A stretch of 64,000 nucleotides of DNA from Mobula hypostoma (GCF_963921235.1 NC_086097.1:133860001-133924000), one strand, 5' to 3'; positions 1-12,129 are shown, numbered from the stretch's first letter. Numbers and translations: made by a program. The notes: generated from the sequence alone by a model not told the origin.

Positions 1-2774
1 TTTGATTCCACTATCTTTAAGAGCTCTATCCATCTCTTTTTTGAAAGCATCCAGAGACTTGGCCTCCACAGCCTTCTGGGGCAGAGCATTCCATATATCC
101 ACCACTCTCTGGGTGAAAAAGTTTTTCCCCAACTCCATTCTAAATGGCCTACTCCTAATTCTTAAACTGTGGCCTCTGGTTCTGGACTCACCCATCAGCG
201 GGAACATGCTTCCTGCCTGCAGCGTGTTCAATCCCTTAATAATCTTATATGTTTCAATAAGATCCCCTCTCAGCCTTCTAAATTCCAAAGTATACAAGCC
301 CAGTCGCTCCAATCTTTCGACATATGACAGTCCCGCCATCCCGGGAATTAACCTTGTGAACCTACGCTGCACTCCCTCAATAGCAAGAATGTCCTTCCTC
401 AAAGTTGGAGACCAAAACTGCACACAGTACTCCAGGTGTGGTCTCACCAGGGCCCTGTACAGCTGCAGAAGGACCTCTTTGCTCTTATACTCAATTCCCC
501 TTGTTATGAAGGCCAGCACGCCATTAGCCTTTCTCACTGCCTGCTGTACTTGCATGCTTGCTTTCAGCGACTGGTGTACAAGAACACCTAGATCTAGTTG
601 TGCTTCCCCTTTTCCTAACTTGACTCCATTTTGATAATAATCTGCCTTCTCGTACTTACCACCAAAGTGAATAACCTCACATTTATCCACATTAAATTGC
701 ATCTGCCATGCATCTGCCCACTCACCCAGCCTGTTCAAGTCACCCTGCATTCTCATAACATCCTCCTCACATTTCACACTGCCTCCCAGCTTTGTGTCAT
801 CGGCAAATTTGCTAATGTTACTTTTAATTCCCTCATCTAAATCATTAATATATATTGTAAACAGCTGCGGTCCCAGCACTGAACCCTGTGGTACCCCACT
901 GGTCACTGCCTGCCATTCCAAAAGGGACCCGTTAATCGCTACTCTTTGTTTTCTGTCAGCCAGCCAATTTTCAATCCATGTCAGTACTCTGCTCCCAACA
1001 CCATGTGCCCTAATTTTGCCCACTAATCTCCTATGTGGTACTTTATCAAAGGTTTTCTGAAAGTCCAGGTACACTACATCCACTGGCTCTCCCTTGTCCA
1101 TTTTCATAGTTACATCCTCAAAAAATTCCAGAAGATTAGTCAAGCACGATTTCCCCATGCTGACTCGAACCAATCCTGTTACTACTATCCAGATGTGTCG
1201 AAATTTCATCTTTTATAATTGACTGCAGTACCTTTCCCACCACCGACGTCAGGCTAACCGGTCTATAATTCCCTGTTTTCTCTCTTCCTCCCTTCTTGAA
1301 GAGAGGGACAACATTAGCCACCCTCCAATCCACAGAAACTGATCCTGAATCTATAGAACATTGGAAAATGATTACCAATGCATCCACGATATCTAAAGCC
1401 ACCTCCTTAAGTACCCTGGGATGCAGATCATCAGGTCCCAGGGACTTATCAGCCTTCAGACCCAACAGCCTATCCAATACCATTTCCTGCCTAATATATT
1501 CCTTCAATTCATCCATTACCCTGGGTCTTTTGGCCACTATTATATCTGGGAGATTGTTTGTGTCTTCCCTAGTGAAAACAGATCCAAAGTACCTGTTCAA
1601 CTCGTCTGCCATTTCCTTGTTCCCCATAATAAATTCAGCCGCTTCTGTCTTCAAGGGCCCAATTTTGGTCTTAACTATTTTTTTCCTTTTCACATACCTA
1701 AAGAAGCTTTTACTATCCTCCTTTATATTCTTGGCTAGTTTACCTTCGTACCTCATTTTTTCTCCGCGTATTGCCCTTTTAGTTACCTTCTGTTGCTCTT
1801 TAAAAGTTTCCCAATCCTCCGGCTTCCCACTCGTCTTTGCTATGTTATGCTTCTTCTCTTTTATTTTATACTGTCCATTACTTCCCTTGTCAGCCATGGC
1901 CTCCCCTTACTCCCCTTAGGATCTTTCTTCCTCTTTGGAATGAACTGATCCTGCACCTTCCGTATTACTCCCAGAAACACTTGCCATTGCTGTTCCACTG
2001 TCATCCCTGTTAGGGTATTGTTCCATTGAACTTTGGCCAGCTCCTCCCTCACAGCACCATAGTTCCCTTTGTTCAACTGTAATACTGACACTTCTGAGTT
2101 TCTCTTCTCCCTCTCAAATTGTAGATTAAAACTTATCATATTATGGTCACTACCTCCTAATGGCTCCTTTACCTCGAGGTCCGTGATCAAATCCGGTTCA
2201 TTGCACAACACTAAATCTAGAATTGCGTTCTCTCTGGTAGGCTCCAGTACAAGCTGTTCTAAGAATCCATCTCAGAGGGACTCCACAAACTCCCTTTCTT
2301 GGGGTCCAGTACCAACCTGATTCCTCCAGTCTACCTGCATGTTGAAATCCCCGATAACAACTGTAGCATTACCTTTGCGGCATGTCAATTTTAACTTTTG
2401 ATTCAACTTACACCCTACATCCAGACTACTGTTTGGGGGCCTGTAGATAACTCCCATTAGGGTCTTTCTACCCTTAGAATTGCTCAATTCTATCCATAAT
2501 GACTCTACATCTCCTGATACTATGTCCCCCCTCGCAAGGGACTGAATATCATTCCTCATCAACAGAGCCACCCCACCCCCTCTACCCATCAGTCTATCCT
2601 TTCGATAGGACGTATACCCTTGAATATTCATTTCCCAGGCCCTGTCCACTTGAAGCCATGTCTCTGTTATTCCCACAACATCATACTTACCAATTTCCAA
2701 CTGTGCCTCAAGCTCATCCACTTTATTTCTTATACTCCGTGCATTCATATACAATACTTTTAATTCATTACTCT
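1..2774 (-). mobile_element. CR1 LINE, 5'-truncated, ORF2 (APE endonuclease + RT) broken by frameshifts and a small deletion; runs off the left edge
   Basis: Minus ORFs 2272..2799 (LKVLYMNARSI, GITETW, GGGVAL, IYRPP, GDFN), 1861..2211 (LGGSDHNMI) and 1136..1897 (GPDDLHPRVLKE, NYRPVSLTSVVGK) are CR1 ORF2 motifs. Reverse complement of 780-930 gives GVPQGSVLGP and AKFADDTK. Confidence 0.95.
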
Positions 2775-2975
2775 TCCAGGTGCTCCAGTAAACTCCCAAA
2801 TCCCAAAGCTGTCTTGTGCGTTAGCTGGCCACTCTACATTACCCCCAGAGACTAGATGGGCAGCAGGAGAATCAGGGGGAAGTTGATGGACATGGGAGAG
2901 AGATAGAGGTAGGGGACTGGGACTGTTCCAAAAGCCGACATAGATTTGATAGGCCAAATGGCCTCCTATATGGTA
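2775..2975 (+). mobile_element. V-SINE-like SINE, 3' part, interrupted by the CR1
   Basis: ccaggtgctccagtaaactcccaaatcccaaag resembles the V-domain core seen in the other SINE copies here; it ends in a CR1-type tail (ataggccaaatggcctcct). Confidence 0.55.
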
Positions 2976-3744
2976 AAAAAGTGAAAAAGCTAGAATATTT
3001 ATTGTCAAAACTGTTCACTTGCCTTTCATGCTTTTGCAGCTTTTTTCAGGTTTAAGATGGAGGTGGTGAAGCACAGTGATGACTTGTTGGCAGCAAAAAT
3101 AGCCATTAACTACTTTATTATTCACATTTTTTCTCAAAAATGATCACTGCAATCAATAGCCTGTAACTTTCCTTTTACCACCCGTACGACCTGGCGTTTC
3201 TGCTGTGTGAACTGAGGCCACGAAGGTGCAGAATAGTTGCAGCATGGCACATTTGGCCATCACTGGAGTGGACTCAGAGGCAATTTGTAGCAGCAGAATC
3301 TGCAGCAGCAGAGCTGAGGTGACGGGGCCTGGGCCCAAGGCTATTTGGCCAATTTATGTGCCAGGCCAGATTGAAAATGTTGGGTATAGGATGAATCGAC
3401 CTGGCGGGGCCTAGGCCTAGGCCTGAGAGCGTATCGAAGCGACAAGGCCCAGGTCTGAGAATGAGGAATGACTCAAGGTTCCACCAATTTAAGCATTAAG
3501 CCAGATTGAAAAGGTCAGGTTGTCATGGCCAGAGGCGAGGGATGGGCCAGTGTTCAGCTCACTGATCCATGAGGTTTACTCATCTCTGCACTGAACTGAG
3601 GCTAAGACCTGCAACTAACCAGCTCTTGGATCGACTATGACTGGCTTTATGGATGTAGACTCACTTTTGTGGACTTCAGTTCTGAATGTTAATTGCTTAT
3701 TTTTATTGTTTTTGTTTTCCTGCACATTGGATGCTCTCTTGTAA

Positions 3745-5660
3745 TGGCGACATCACTCACAACTGCCAATTGACAGTCTCAAACTTCTGGCATATTGCTA
3801 CCATCTTCCACAGTGAAGACTGATGCAAAATACATATACAGCTCGTCGGCCATTTCCTGGTCCCCCCATTACCATCTATCCAGCATTATTTTCCATCAGT
3901 CTAACACCTACTCTCTCCTCTCTTTTACTCTTTATGTATCTGAAGAAACTTCTGGTATCCTCTTTAATATTATTAGTTAGTTTACCTTCATGTTCCATCT
4001 TTTCCCACATTATGACTTTTTTTAGTTACCTTCTGTTGGTTTTTAAAAGCTTGCAAATCCTCTAACTTCCCAATAATTTTTATTCTATTATATGCCTTCT
4101 CTTTGGCTTTTACGTTGGCTTTGATTTTTTTATTGTCGGCCATGGTTGCCTCATTCAGCCTTTAGGATACTTCTTCTTTGGTATGTTTTGATCCAAATTG
4201 CTTCCAGAAACTCCAGACATTGTGGCTCTGTCATCATCCCTGCTAGTATCCCCTTCCAATCAACTTTGGTTAATCCCTTACTGATGCCTCTGTAATTCCC
4301 TTTACTCCACTGTAATACTGATACATCTAACCTTTAGCTTCTCTTTCTAAAATTTCAGGGTGAATTCGATCATATTACGATCATCTTCCTCTAAGGGTTC
4401 CTTTACCTTACACGCTTTAATCAATTCCAGTTCATTGCACAACACCCAATCCAGAATAGCTAATCCCTTGGTGGGCTCAACCACAAGCTGCTATAAAAAG
4501 CCATCTCGTAGGCATTCTAGAAATTCCTCCTCTCGGGATCCAGCACTAACATGATTTTCCCAACCTACCTGCATATTGAAATCCCCCACGAGTATCATAA
4601 CAGTGACTTTTTGACATGCATTTTCTATCTCCGATTGTAATTTGTAGTCCACATCTTTGCTACTGTTCAGAGGTCTTATATACTGTAAGTCCCATCAGGG
4701 TCTTGCAGTTTCTTACCCTTGCCGTTTTTGAGCGCTACCGACAACAATTCTACACTTTCCAATTCCATGTTACTTCTTTCTAATAATTTGATTTCATGTG
4801 GTACCAACAGAGCCACCACACCCCCACTGCCTACCCTCCTGTCCTTTCAATACAATGCATATCCTTGGATGTTAAACTCCCAGCTATAATCTTCTTTCAG
4901 TCATGATTTATTGATGCTCACAATGTCACACATGTCAATTTCTAACTGTGCTGCGTTCATCTACCTTATTCCATATACTCTGTGCATTCAAGTATAACAC
5001 CTACAATCCTGTATTAATCACCCTTTTCCATTTTGTCCCCCTTTTACATTGAAACATTGCGTTGACTGCAATTTTGCCCTATCTTCAGCTTGTCTTTACT
5101 AGCAGTCTCACTGCACACTGCCTCTGTTTGTAAAACAACTGCCCCATCCTCAGTTCTATCACTCCGGTTCCCATACCCCTGCCAAATTTGTTTAAACCTT
5201 TCCGACCTGCTCTGGTAAACCTGCCTGCAAGGATATTGGTCCCCCTCAGGTTCAAGTGTAACCCGTCCTTTTGTACAGGTCATACCTTCCCCAGAAGAGA
5301 TCACAATGATCCAAATATCTGAACCCCTGCCCCTTGCACCAGTTCCTCAGCTATGCATTCACTTATCAAATTCTCAAATTCTTAAATTCTTACCCTCACT
5401 GGCACGTGACACAGACAGCAATCCAGAAATTACTACTTTGGAGCTCTTGAAAAATCTCTCTTCAGGACCTCCTCACTTTTCCTACCCATGTCACTGGTGC
5501 AAGACATGGACCTGGTCTGAGAGATCCCTGACTCTGGCACCTCGAGGCCACATACCATCCGGGTGTCTCTATCGCTTCCACAGAATCTCATCTCTATTCC
5601 TCTAACTATGGAACCTCCTATCACTACTGCAGTACTCTTCACTTCTCTTCTCTTCTGAGC
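3745..5660 (-). mobile_element. Older CR1 LINE fragment spanning ORF1 (esterase-like) and the ORF2 endonuclease
   Basis: ORF 5433..5708 VVIGGSIVRG..FCGSDRDTRMVC resembles the GDSIVR SGNH/esterase motif of CR1 ORF1. 3800-5000 aligns by eye with 1550-2760. Confidence 0.85.
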
Positions 5661-5869
5661 CGCACCGCCATTTGCAAGTCTATTATTGCATACCATATTT
5701 GGCACCACACTCAGCCGTTTCTATTGCTTTCCTCTTGGCTTTACCGCTGTCATTCACCTCAATTTCAGCAACTATCCTGCCCACCACCGTATGACTGCCC
5801 TTGTCGTTTGTTCTACTCACCTTTCTCCCACTGACTCTACAACTTAGAACATATCTTTTATCTCTTACT

Positions 5870-7095
5870 ACGCACAATATTGAAAAAGGTAGCATTTCCA
5901 TCTGTCGCAAAGAAATGCTTCGAGAAATTGGTATTGAATAGAAATAGCTCCCATCTTTGCAAGCATCTGGATCCATTGACATTCACCTACTATCACAACA
6001 GGTCTACAGAAGATGCAGTCTTACTGTTCCTCCACTCTGCTTTGGAGCACCTCCACAAAAAAATATATACAAGGCTGCTGTTTTTCGGTTACTGCTCAGA
6101 AATTAATACCATGATCCTCTCTGTATTATTCACAGCTTTTAAACCTGGGCCTCTGTGCCTCCCTCTGCAATTAGATCTTCAGCTTCCTCATCGGGACACC
6201 ATAGTCAGTACAGATGAGTAACATCTCCTCCTCACTGACAATCAACACAGGCAAACTTCAAAGATGTCAGTGATGTGTGCTTAGTGCACTGCTACACTCA
6301 TAACCATGGCTAAGCATAGCTCAAATGCCAACTATAAATTCACAGATGACACCATTGTTACAAGAGTGAGATAGATTGGCTTATTGAATGGCGCCACAAC
6401 AACAACCTCTCACTCAACATAAGCATGACCAAGGACTTGATTGTGGACTTCAAGAAAAGGAACACACACCAGTTCTCATTGACGGTTCTATGCTGAGAAG
6501 TGTCAGCAGCTTCACATTCCAACATTTCAGAGGATCTACTCTGGACCCAACACATCACAAAGAAGGCATGCCAGTGACTCCACTTTGTCAGGAGTTGAGG
6601 AGAATCAGTGTGTCACTAAAAGCTTACAACTTCCTAAGGATGCATGGTGGTGATCATTCTGACTGGTGTATCACAGCCTGGTATGGAGGCTTCAATGCAC
6701 AGGATTGGAAGAGGCTGTAGACTGTTACAGGCTACCAGATCCGTCACAAGCACAACCCTCCCTACTACTGAGGATGTGTCTTTAAGAGGCAGATTTTTAA
6801 GAAGGTGGAATCCACCACAAACGACCCTCGCCATCCAGGCCATGCCCTCTTCTCATTACTGCCATCAGGTTGGAACCTGAAGACCTACACTCAATTATTC
6901 AGAAACAGCTTCTTCCCCTTCAGCATCAGATCTCTGAATGGTCCACGAACCCTTGAACACCAGTTCATTATTGGTTTATTTTGCGCTATTTACTTCCTTA
7001 TTTTTAGTAAAGTAAAAAATTCCAATTCCAATGCTATTCCAAAACAACAAATTTCATGTCAGAATACAGTAATAATAAATTTGATTCTGATGCTG
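5870..7095 (+). mobile_element. Degenerate Rex1/Babar-type LINE 3' fragment
   Basis: KCFEKLV..HLDPL..Y..NRSTEDA, CITAWYG and HPGHALFSLLPSG..FRNSFFP motifs; tail aataataaatttgattctga. Confidence 0.85.
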
Positions 7096-7310
7096 CGGTT
7101 AATCGACCTGAGACACTAACCCATCTCTCTCTATAGCTGTTACCTGCCCTCCTGAGTAATTGATTTCTGAAAGTGCTTGAGCAATTTAATTGGTGAGTTG
7201 AAAATGTTCATTTAACTGGAACAGTTATACAATCAAACAGCTTTCTAGTTACACACATCAAAGTTGCTAGTGAATGCAGCAGGCCAGGCAGCATCTCTAG
7301 GAAGAGGTAC

Positions 7311-7346
7311 AGTCGACGTTTCAGGCCAAGACCCTTCGTCAGGACT
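7311..7346 (-). ncRNA. Minimal type-I hammerhead ribozyme motif, array copy 1
   Basis: Minus strand reads AGUC CUGACGA AGG-gucuugg-CCU GAAA CGUC GACU: stem I AGUC/GACU, CUGANGA core, stem II, GAAA, palindromic ACGU stem III, GUC cleavage triplet. Confidence 0.85.
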
Positions 7347-7595
7347 AACTGAAGGAAGAGTTAGTAAGAGATTTGAAAGTCTACAGATGGGGAGCAGTGA
7401 GAGATAGTTTCACTGAACTCCCGTCGAAGAGAAGATTTAAACTTCTTCAGTGTAGGCATCACCAGAAGAGGCTTCGCAGTAGTGAATTTAAAAACGCAAA
7501 CAAGAGGAATTCTGCAGATGCTGGAAATTCAAGCAACACACATCAAAGTTGCTGGTGAATGCAGCAGGCCAAGCAGCATCTCTAGGAAGAGGTAC

Positions 7596-7631
7596 AGTCA
7601 ACGTTTCAGGCCGAGACCCTTCGTCAGGACT
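7596..7631 (-). ncRNA. Minimal type-I hammerhead motif, array copy 2 (GUU triplet)
   Basis: AGUC CUGACGA AGGGUCUCGGCCU GAAACGUU GACU. Confidence 0.78.
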
Positions 7632-7880
7632 AACTGAAGGAAGAGTTAGTAAGAGATTTGAAAGTCTACAGATGGGGAGCAGTGAGAGATAGTTTCACTG
7701 AACTCCCGTCGAAGAGAAGATTTAAACTTCTTCAGTGTAGGCATCACCAGAAGAGGCTTCGCAGTAGTGAATTTAAAAACGCAAACAAGAGGAATTCTGC
7801 AGATGCTGGAAATTCAAGCAACACACATCAAAGTTGCTGGTGAATGCAGCAGGCCAAGCAGCATCTCTAGGAAGAGGTAC

Positions 7881-7916
7881 AGTCAACGTTTCAGGCCGAG
7901 ACCCTTCGTCAGGACT
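7881..7916 (-). ncRNA. Minimal type-I hammerhead motif, array copy 3 (GUU triplet)
   Basis: Identical to copy 2 and 285 nt from it. Confidence 0.78.
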
Positions 7917-8531
7917 AACTGAAGGAAGAGTTAGTAAGAGATTTGAAAGTGATTTGAAAGCTTTCTAGTTCTCTGTTATCTATGGAGGTGCATAAACCAA
8001 AATGGCCACTCAGAAAAATGGGAAACAAATACATTTGACTGGTCAAATCAATTTGTTGATGCTTGGCCTGGGTATAAAGCAGTTCCAAAAGGAATCAATT
8101 GATTTGTTTGATTTTTGGGATGGGAACTTTCCCTGCTTGGCATAAAGCAGGTGGGTGGAAACATCTGTAAAATTAACAAAATGCATGCAATGTCTCCAAA
8201 ACACTACTCCAAATTAGCAAACTGATTCAGTTTAAGCAGTATTTGCAGTATAAACTGAATTTGCATTCAGTTCTCTGGTTTAGCTGAACAGCAACACCAG
8301 TATGGAACATTTGCAAATTACAAGTCCAAGTCAAAGTCGAGTCTATTGACATATGCACAAATACATGTAAGCACAAGTAACAGAGGTGCAATGAAAAACT
8401 TACTTGCAACAAGCAGCATCACAGGCCCATAGCATTGGAGAGGTGACAGGCACGTAACATTGTAAAAGTGCATAGAGTACGTTGGCTCAAGGTATTGGGG
8501 TAATTTATACCAACTGACTCTTTCTTTGTGT

Positions 8532-8785
8532 ACACACAGGAGTTTCTGCAGATGCAGGAAATCTTGCAGAACACACACAAAGTGCTGGTGGAACTCAACA
8601 TGTCAGGCAGCATCTATGTAAGAGAATAAACAGTTAATATTTTTGGCTGAAACCCGTCATCGGGATGCAGTCTTCAGGTCCTAATGAAGGATCTCAGTCC
8701 GAAATGTTGATTCTGACCGCCCCACCCCTACCACACACGCTGCCTGACTTGATGATTTCCTCTAGCATTTTGTGTGCATTTCTCT
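8532..8785. mobile_element. Degenerate Penelope terminal-repeat element in inverted-repeat (foldback) arrangement
   Basis: acacacaaagtgctggtggaactcaacatgtcaggcagc ... gctgcctgacttgatgatttcctctagcattttgtgtg; decayed hammerhead ggtcctaatgaagg..ccgaaatgttga near 8677-8712. Confidence 0.7.
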
Positions 8786-8982
8786 TTCCTTGTGTCAGAC
8801 AGTCCTCACACCACATTAACTCCTCATCATTCATGAGAGATGGGGACAGATAACGCAGACTGCGGTACCATTCAGTCCACTGGTAGAAACACTAAGGCGG
8901 CAATATCATACGGCAGCCAGTTCCTCCATGGATATAACAACCTACCTAAGTTTTAGTGTTCCTGGCCCTAACCCTGGTTATA

Positions 8983-10605
8983 CAGAGGCCTGCAAAAGTT
9001 TGGGCACCCCTGGTCAAAATGTCTGTTACTGTGAATAGTTAAGTGAGTAGAAGATGAACTGATCTCCAAAAGTCATAAAGTTAAAGATGAAATATTCTTT
9101 TCAATATTTTAAGCAAGATTAGTGTATTATTTTTGTTTTGTACAATTTTAGAGTGGAAAAAAAAAGGAAAGGAGCACCATGCAAAAGTTTGGGCACCAAG
9201 AGATTTGAGCTCTCAGGTAACTTTTACCAAGGTTTCAGACCTTAATTAGCTTGTTAGGGCCATGGCTTGTTCACAGTCATCATTAAGAAAGGCCAGGTGA
9301 TGCAAATTTCAAAGCTTTATAAATACCCTGACTCCTCAAACCTTGTCCCATCAATCAGCAGCCATGGGCTCCTCTAAGCAGCTGCCGTACACTCTGAAAA
9401 TTAAAATAAATGATGCCCACAAAGCAGGAGAAATCTATAAGAAGATAGCAAAGCATTTTCAGGTAGCCGTTTCCTCAGTTCATAATGTAATTAAGAAATG
9501 GCAGTTAACAGGAACGATGGAGGTCAGGTTGAGGTCTGGAAGACCAAGAAAACTTTCCAAGAGAACAGCTCGTAGGATTGCTAGAAAGGCAAATCAAAAC
9601 CCCCGTTTGACTGCAAAAGACATTCAGGAAGATTTAGCAGACTCTGGAGTGGTGGTGCACTGTTCCACTGTGCAGCAACACCTGCACAAATATGACCATC
9701 ATGGAAGAGTCATCAGAAGAAAACCTTTCCTGCATCCTCACCACAAAATATCAGCATCAGAAGTTTGCAAAGGAACACCTAAACAAGGCTGATGCATTTT
9801 GGAAATAAGCCCTGTGGACTGATGAAGTTAAAATAGAACTTATTGGCCACAATGAGCATAGGTATGTTTGGTGAAAAAAGGTGCAGAATTTCATGAAAAG
9901 AACCCCTCTCCAACTGTTAAGCACAGGGGTGGATTGATCATGCTTTGGGCTTGTGTTGCAGCCAGTGGCACGGGGAACATTTCACTGGTAGAGGGAAGAA
10001 TGAATTCAATTAAATACCAGCAAATTCTGGAAGCAAACATCACACCGTCTATAAAAAAGCTGATGATGAAAAGAGGATAGCTTTTACAACAGAATAATGA
10101 TCCTAAACACACCTCAAAATCCACAATGGACTACCTCAAGAGGCGCAAGCTGAAGGTTTTGCCATGGCCCTCACTGTCCCCCAACCTAAACATCATCAAA
10201 AATCTGTGGATAGACCTCAAAAGAGCAGTGCATGCAAGGCGGCCCAAGAATCTCACAGAACTAGAAGCCTTTTGCAAGGAAGAATGGGCGAAAATCCCCC
10301 AAACAAGAACTGAAACACTCTTAGCTGGCTACAGAAAGCATTTACAAGCTGTGATATTTGCCAAAGGGCATGTTACTAAGTACCGACCATGCAGGGTGCC
10401 CAAACTTTTGTTTCGGGCCCTTTTCCTTTTTTGTTATTTTGAAACTGTAAAAGATGGAAATAAAAAAATAATCTTGCTTAAAATATTAAAGAAATGTGTC
10501 ATCTTTAACTTTATGCCTTTTGGAAATCAGGTCATTTTTTACTCGCTTAGCTATTTACAGTAACAGAAATTTTGACCAGGGTGCCCAAACTTTTGCATGC
10601 CACTA
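8983..10605 (+). mobile_element. Full-length Tc1-like DNA transposon, IR/DR type, TA target duplication
   Basis: TA|cagaggcctgcaaaagtttgggcacccctggtcaaaat ... attttgaccagggtgcccaaacttttgcatgccacta|TA. Imperfect TIRs of ~215 bp with inner repeats caaaagtttgggcacc near 9182 and 10395. Confidence 0.96.
9364..10386 (+). pseudogene. Tc1 (DD34E) transposase pseudogene
   Basis: Paired-like HTH, SGRPRKLS, LWTDEVK, TVKH.GG.IMLW, QQNNDPKHTS, WPSLSPNLNIIKNLW, VTKY. Frameshift near 9750, stops near 9806, 9871 and 10078; the second D and the E are mutated. Confidence 0.93.
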
Positions 10606-11202
10606 TATACCCAGTCTGCACACTCACACTCTAGCTCTGATCACACACATGGCCCACGCTCTAGAACCCAGCTCCAAACACACACTTTGTCCACCTTCTC
10701 AGAAATACATGGCCATCCTCATGAATATGTCAGCAGGGAATGAGGGCTTAGTGTAGTTGACAATTTGTACACACTCCAGATAAAAGCAAGTGCTACTCAC
10801 GTGGGGCTCAAGGTTCTGAAGCTTTAGCGGAAATGGCAGCTATTTGCGTACTGCTAATTAAATCTGCGGCATGCTTTATTTGTGATAAAATAAGACTGTA
10901 GCCAGCATCATTTTGGAGGAGGATGAGAAGAAGCAATGGAGGGAAGGGGGGAGTGGGAAACACGCCCAGAACCTAAGACAGATCGCAACCTGTGTGCTTT
11001 CAAATTGATTAAACGGCAGGCTTGACAAGGTAGCCGGTCAGAAAGACTTTAGTTTTGATGGCAGTAGTCATCATGTTCTGAAGTTCTTCACAAGCAAGAA
11101 AATACTTTTGAAGTTCAGTCATGTTGGAAATGTGGAAACAAATTTGTGTAGCAAGCTCCCATAAATAAGAAGGTGATAACCACTAGATTATCTGTTCTTG
11201 GA

Positions 11203-11915
11203 ACAAACAAGAGAAAATCTGCAGATGCTGGAAATTTGAGCAACACACACAAAAAGCTGAAGGAACTCAGCAGGCCAGGCAGCATCTATGGAAAAAAATA
11301 CAGTCGATGTTTCAGGCCGAAACCCACCCCCCCCCAACATTTCCCATCCCCTTGTCCCTCTCTCATGTTACCTCCTTGCCCACCCATCACATCCCTGTTG
11401 TGCTCCTCCCCCCACCCCACCCCCACTTACTACTTTCTTCCATGGCCCTCTGTCTCTTTCACCAATCAACTTCCTAGCTCTTTGCTTCATCCCTCCCCCT
11501 CCAAGTTTCACTTATCACCTGGCGTTTCTCTCTCCCCTCCCCCCACCTTTCAAATCTATTCCTCCAACACACATCAAAGTTGCTGGTGAATGCAGCAGGC
11601 CAGGGAGCATCTCTAAGAAGAAGTACAGTCGGCATTTCGGGCCGAGACCCTTCGTCAGGACTAGGGTCTCGGCCCGAAATGGCAACTGTACCTCTTCCTA
11701 GAGATGCTGCCTGGCCTGCTGCATTCACCAGCAACTTTGATGTGTGTTGCCTGAATTTCCAGCATCTGCAGAATTCCTCGTGTTTACGAACAAAATCTAT
11801 TCCTCAGCTTTTTTTTCTCCAGTCCTGCCGAAGGGTTTCGGCCCAAAACGTCAACTGTACTTTTTCCCACAGATGCTGCCTGGCCTGCTGAGTTCCTCCA
11901 GCATTTTGTGTGTAC
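11203..11915. mobile_element. Penelope terminal-repeat element (inverted arrangement) hosting a nested copy
   Basis: acaaacaagagaaaatctgcagatgctgg... arm, C-rich pLTR, mutated hammerhead agtcctgccgaagggtttcggcccaaaacgtcaact at 11821-11856, complementary arm ending near 11912. Confidence 0.8.
11565..11792. mobile_element. Nested foldback Penelope pLTR element with 13-bp TSD
   Basis: TSD aaatctattcctc at 11552-11564 and 11793-11805; inverted arms of ~90 bp around 11660. Confidence 0.88.
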
Positions 11916-11939
11916 TTATCTATTCTTGGTTTTGGTGGA

Positions 11940-12115
11940 GAGCCAAATACTGGTGAAGACCTGGAGGAGAATTCTCCTGTTCCTCTTGGGAATAGTACTG
12001 TAAGATCCTTTATCCACATCAGGGATCAGGTGGGGCCTCAACTTAGTATCAGTTGTAGCTGTTAGGGGCAGCAATTCCTCAGCAGAACGGTGGGAGTGTC
12101 AGCTTAGAGTTTTGT
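11940..12115 (-). mobile_element. Ancient Deu-domain SINE relic (AmnSINE1/SacSINE1-like)
   Basis: attctcctg..cttgggaatagtactgtaagatcctttatccac..ggggcctc..ggagtgtcagcttaga resembles the reverse complement of the Deu domain as recalled from memory; not aligned. Confidence 0.5.
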
Positions 12116-12129
12116 AATCTGATAAATCG

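Larger units (their letters stand above)
7251..7958 (-). repeat. Tandem array of ~2.5 x 285-bp Penelope-derived units, each with a hammerhead motif, flanked by a 12-bp TSD
   Basis: Units start at 7251, 7536 and 7821 (acacacatcaaagttgct). TSD agctttctagtt at 7239-7250 and 7959-7970. Confidence 0.92.

Noticed and set aside
2..1919. Plus-strand ORFs of 210 and 207 aa as genes
   Set aside because: They are antisense shadows of CR1 ORF2.
7373..7843. Duplicated 61-aa plus-strand ORFs as tandem small genes
   Set aside because: They are products of the 285-bp repeat, start at a non-ATG codon and are antisense to the element.
11821..11856. Functional hammerhead in the outer element
   Set aside because: The core is mutated (CUGCCGA, and AAAA in place of GAAA).
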